Source: Negaprion brevirostris (Eukaryota). Taken from it: 64,000 bases of DNA. A model generated the notes under the pieces. The model had not been told where the DNA came from. It searched no databases and saw only the letters and a list, made by a program, of their open reading frames with translations. Positions 60,229-64,000 of the stretch are shown here, one piece after another (the first letter of the stretch is position 1; each line of letters opens with the position of its first letter). Where the stretch lies: NCBI GenBank assembly GCA_030324005.1, contig JARDVH010000097.1, forward strand, positions 14,705,724 through 14,769,723, in the 5' to 3' direction. The position numbers and the translations under genes were made by a program.

Positions 60229-62351
60229 CCTGGACATTGTCATGACAAAAGAACATGGATGTGATTGGGAAATAAACAGCAGAATGACCAAAATGGTACA
60301 CTAAAGCTAGTGAGATCAAATGTTAAATGGAGTAAAGAAATTGAAAGAGAGGGAAAGAAAGATTGAATTGAGGAGAGAGAAAATACTTAATTTTAAAATC
60401 TCTTGGAAAAATTCACAACCCAAAGAAATGAATAGTCACACGAACCTTAGTTAACCTTCAATTACCTTTGGACAATCATGATCAGTTTTTTAAAAGAGTA
60501 CTCTGCACCTATAATTACTGACCCTAAATATCTACCATACAAGTACAGCAACTTTAACATCAATAGAGAGGGAGACACAAAATGCAACTTTTCTGAAACG
60601 AACAGCAGAGCACACAACTTGGACAGCAACATTTGGATATCACTATCTGCCCCATGGCAATTGGTGGCCATTTAGGCATAAATAACAGCAAGCACCTTTA
60701 GATTCAACATTGGGTCAGCTGCTTTAACTGATGTAATGTTTCTATTGGGTTGCATGGTCTAAAAGATATCACAATAACTCCCTCATGCCACATAAGGATG
60801 ATAACACTTATCAAGTTGAACAAACAAGGAAAAGTTGCCAGTTTTATCCAGGGAAGACATTAAATATTGTTTTACCTATAGATTTGCCACACTTGACGTA
60901 CCCATCACTAATATAAACAAACATGACACAAACATGTTCCAAGTAACATTAGTAAATTAATGTTACTTAAACATTTTTAATAAATACAATTGAAATACTT
61001 GCACCTTGTTTGCATGTACAGGCAGTGAACCAGTTGCTGCCCCACTTTCTAATGCTATACATGCAAAATGTCCTAGCCATCTGCTCCTGCCCCAAATTCT
61101 CTCTCTTCAGTACACATATTTCTGTCCTCTACAAAAGCCTCTCCTAACTAATCCCAGATCTTCCCTCCAACATGTTACAACAGTTAAAGTGAATGGGAGA
61201 GAGACGGAGACCAAAGGGAGAGTTTCAAGACAGAAACAATGAGCAGGTCAAGCATAATAGCAACATGCTGAGCTACAAACAAAAGCCAACGAGAAGAGAG
61301 GCAGCAAAGGACAGAGAGGCCACGAAGATTAGAGGGAAAGCAGTTCATTCACAAAGCTATAATTCCAATTCCAGAGGAAAATCAACTCTGTGCTGCATTG
61401 CTTCTGTAGGAGATCTAACACCTCAAGAGCCATGCAAAATAAAAAGCTAATTAACTTTCTGCCTTCGTGCAATCTGAATAGACCATGAGCTGCATTCAAA
61501 ACATTTAATAATTATTTCTCATAGTCTGATACTTTCCTTCAGCTAAAATGTCACTTGATTAATTGCAAAGGAAAGACTAAAATGGTTTGCAAAATGTCAC
61601 AGGCTACATCATGTATAGAAACCAATCCGCCACTTTGACCAAGGAAGATCAAGTTTTCCATGTCCTTTTGTTTAGGGAAAGTATGGATGGATGGGTGGAT
61701 GGATGTGAGGGGGGGATGGAATTGCATATTCAAGGATATTGCTATAACACAAAACAAAACTCCTGCTGAAGATTACAAAAAACTAATGTCTCAAGGAGAT
61801 GGGTGAGTTTGGAACCCAGAGATCCACAGGTGACGTTAGGAATCAGAACAAGCCAGTTCAATTCTGCTAACATTAATCTAAAGGAAACAGTTCTTGCAAT
61901 TGATGGCAGGTGGTACAGCGATAGCATCAGGAATCCACCATGGCGGATGCAGGGAAGTGTGCAAGTGATCTGCTTAAAATTACAAAAGCATGTTAAAAAT
62001 AAAAGCAAGCAAAGCTTCAGAGACACAGATAGAAAGGAGGGAAATATGTTAAGTGAACAGATTTCTTTTTGATCATCACTCATCAATGGAAAGAGGAAGT
62101 GGGAGGATAGATCAGAGTAATTATGGAGCAAGGAGTGGAAGATACAGGCATTCAGCAGGTAGATTGAAAAGATAGGGGTACCAAGAAAGAACAATGACCT
62201 CGGGAATATGAAAAGTATGTGTGATGGGAGGAAGGAACAGTTACTTTTTTTGTTTTTCTTGGCACATGCAAGTGGGCAAAGCTGATTTATTGCCCATTAC
62301 TCAGTTACCTTGCAATAATGTTAATGTGCCCATTCCGTGAACAGCTGCAGA

Positions 62352-63640
62352 CATAAGAACATAAGAAATAGGAGGAGTAGGCCATCTAGCCCCTCGAGCC
62401 TGCCCCGCCATTCAATAAGATCATGGCTGATCTGTCGTGGCTCAGTNNNNNNNNNNNNNNNNNNNNNNNNNNNNNNNNNNNNNNNNNNNNNNNNNNNNNN
62501 NNNNNNNNNNNNNNNNNNNNNNNNNNNNNNNNNNNNNNNNNNNNNNCACTAGTCACATCCTCATAGAATTTCAATAAATTCGTCAAACATGACTTCCCCT
62601 TACCGAATCCGTGCTGCGTCTGCTCTATCAAACAATTCTTTTCTAGGTGCCTCGCTATTTCTTCTTAGATGACAGATTCAAGCATTTTTCCAACACCAGA
62701 CGTTAAACTAACCGGCCTATAAGTCCCGGCCTTTTGCCTGCTACCTTTTTTAAAACAGCGGCATAACATTAGCCGTTTTCCAATCTTCCGGCACTTGGAG
62801 TAGGCCACTTGGTCCATCGAGCCTGCTCCATTATTATGATCGTGACTGATTGTCAAACTCAATATCCTGATCATGCCTTCCCCACATATCCCATGATCCC
62901 TTTACCCTTTAAGCTTTATCTAATTTCTTCTTGAAATCACACAATGTTTTGACCTCAACTATATTCTGTGGTAGTGAATTCCACAGATTCACTCTCTGGT
63001 GAAATTTTTCCTCACCTTAGTCCTAAAAGATTTACCCCTTATCCTCAAACTATGACCCCTAGATCTGGGCTCCCCCACCATCGGGGGCATTCTTTTTGAA
63101 TCTCCCGTCTAATCCTGTTAGAAACTTATAAGTTTCTATGAGATCCCCTCTCACTCTTCTAAACTTCAATTGATATAATCCTAACCAACTTAGCCTTTCC
63201 TCAAATGACATACGTCCCATCCCAGGAATCAGCCTGGTAAACCTTTGCTGCACTCCCTCTATAGCAAGGATATCCTTACTCAGATAAGGACACCAAAACT
63301 GCACACACTACTCCAAGCATGGCCTCACCAACATCTTATACAATTGTAGTAAAACATCACTGTTCCTACTGTCAAATCTTTTCACTATGAAGGCCAACAT
63401 ACTATTTACCTTCTTTATTGCCTCTTGTACCTGTGTACTTACCTTCAGTGACTGATGCACACCAAGGTCTCGCTGAGTAGCCATAACTCTTAATTTACAT
63501 CCATTCAACTAATAATCTGCCTATTATTCCTACCGAAGTGGATAACCTCACATTTATCCATGTTATACTGCATCTTCCACGCATATACCTACTCATTCAG
63601 CCCGTCACACTGAAGCATTGCTGCTTCCCCTTACAGCTGG
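62352..63640 (-). mobile_element. Two adjacent CR1 LINE fragments
   Basis: QHGFGKGKSCLTNLLKFYEDVT, YRPVSLTSGVGKMLE, QFWCPYLSKDILAIEGVQQRFTRLIPG; 3' tails at 62352 and about 62797. Confidence 0.9.
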
Positions 63641-64000
63641 TCCTTCAGCAATGGGAATTATGCATGGCATGCTGGTGATGGCAAAGGAATAGCAATCTAT
63701 ATCTTAACAAGGATGGTGCGAGATCTGAAGAATGTGGAAGGGGATGGCACCCCCACAACATTACCACCCTTGTGCTATTTACTGGTAGCAATCACAAGGG
63801 AAGTAGGTACTGCCAAAGTAATGTTGCTGCAGTACACATCATGATTCATCACTAATAGCTATTGTGTGCAGAGTGGTAAGCATGTAAGGCCCATGCCCAT
63901 GACAATGCTACATTGATGTAGCCACTGCTGGGTCATTTCTCTACAACACCTTTCACGTTATTACTAAGCATAATTTTTTTAAAACCTCAAAATAGAAAAC

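Noticed and set aside
1-64000. CRISPR arrays, operons, tRNA genes or intronic snoRNAs
   Set aside because: Eukaryotic intron-exon DNA with no repeat-spacer array; tRNA-like segments are SINE heads; no convincing paired C/D or H/ACA boxes were seen by eye.

Overview
Vertebrate genomic DNA, very probably a cartilaginous fish (inferred from the HE1/V-SINE-like, CR1, Deu-SINE and Penelope repeat content), in a draft assembly with many N gaps. The whole window lies inside one minus-strand multi-exon gene, RBM26 (PWI domain, RS region, CCCH zinc finger, Pro-rich region, RRM1, coiled coil, RGG, RRM2). I traced 20 internal coding exons (55205 down to 3836), all with AG/GT boundaries and consistent phases. 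They total 2878 nt of continuous frame; the first and last coding exons were not found in the window. Exon numbers are inferred from the recalled human structure. Introns are full of decayed repeats: tRNA-derived SINEs, CR1/L2/RTE LINE pieces, an old Gypsy-type LTR element with both LTRs, a pogo-like DNA transposon, and Penelope-like elements whose terminal repeats carry hammerhead-ribozyme cores. The most notable oddities are a U6 snRNA-headed chimeric insert (about 11660-12040), a near-intact hammerhead in the pre-mRNA sense, fold-back Penelope hairpins, and candidate poison exons or microexons. I see no convincing wholly new multi-gene system. Repeat family names come from recalled consensus motifs, not database searches, and repeat boundaries are approximate.
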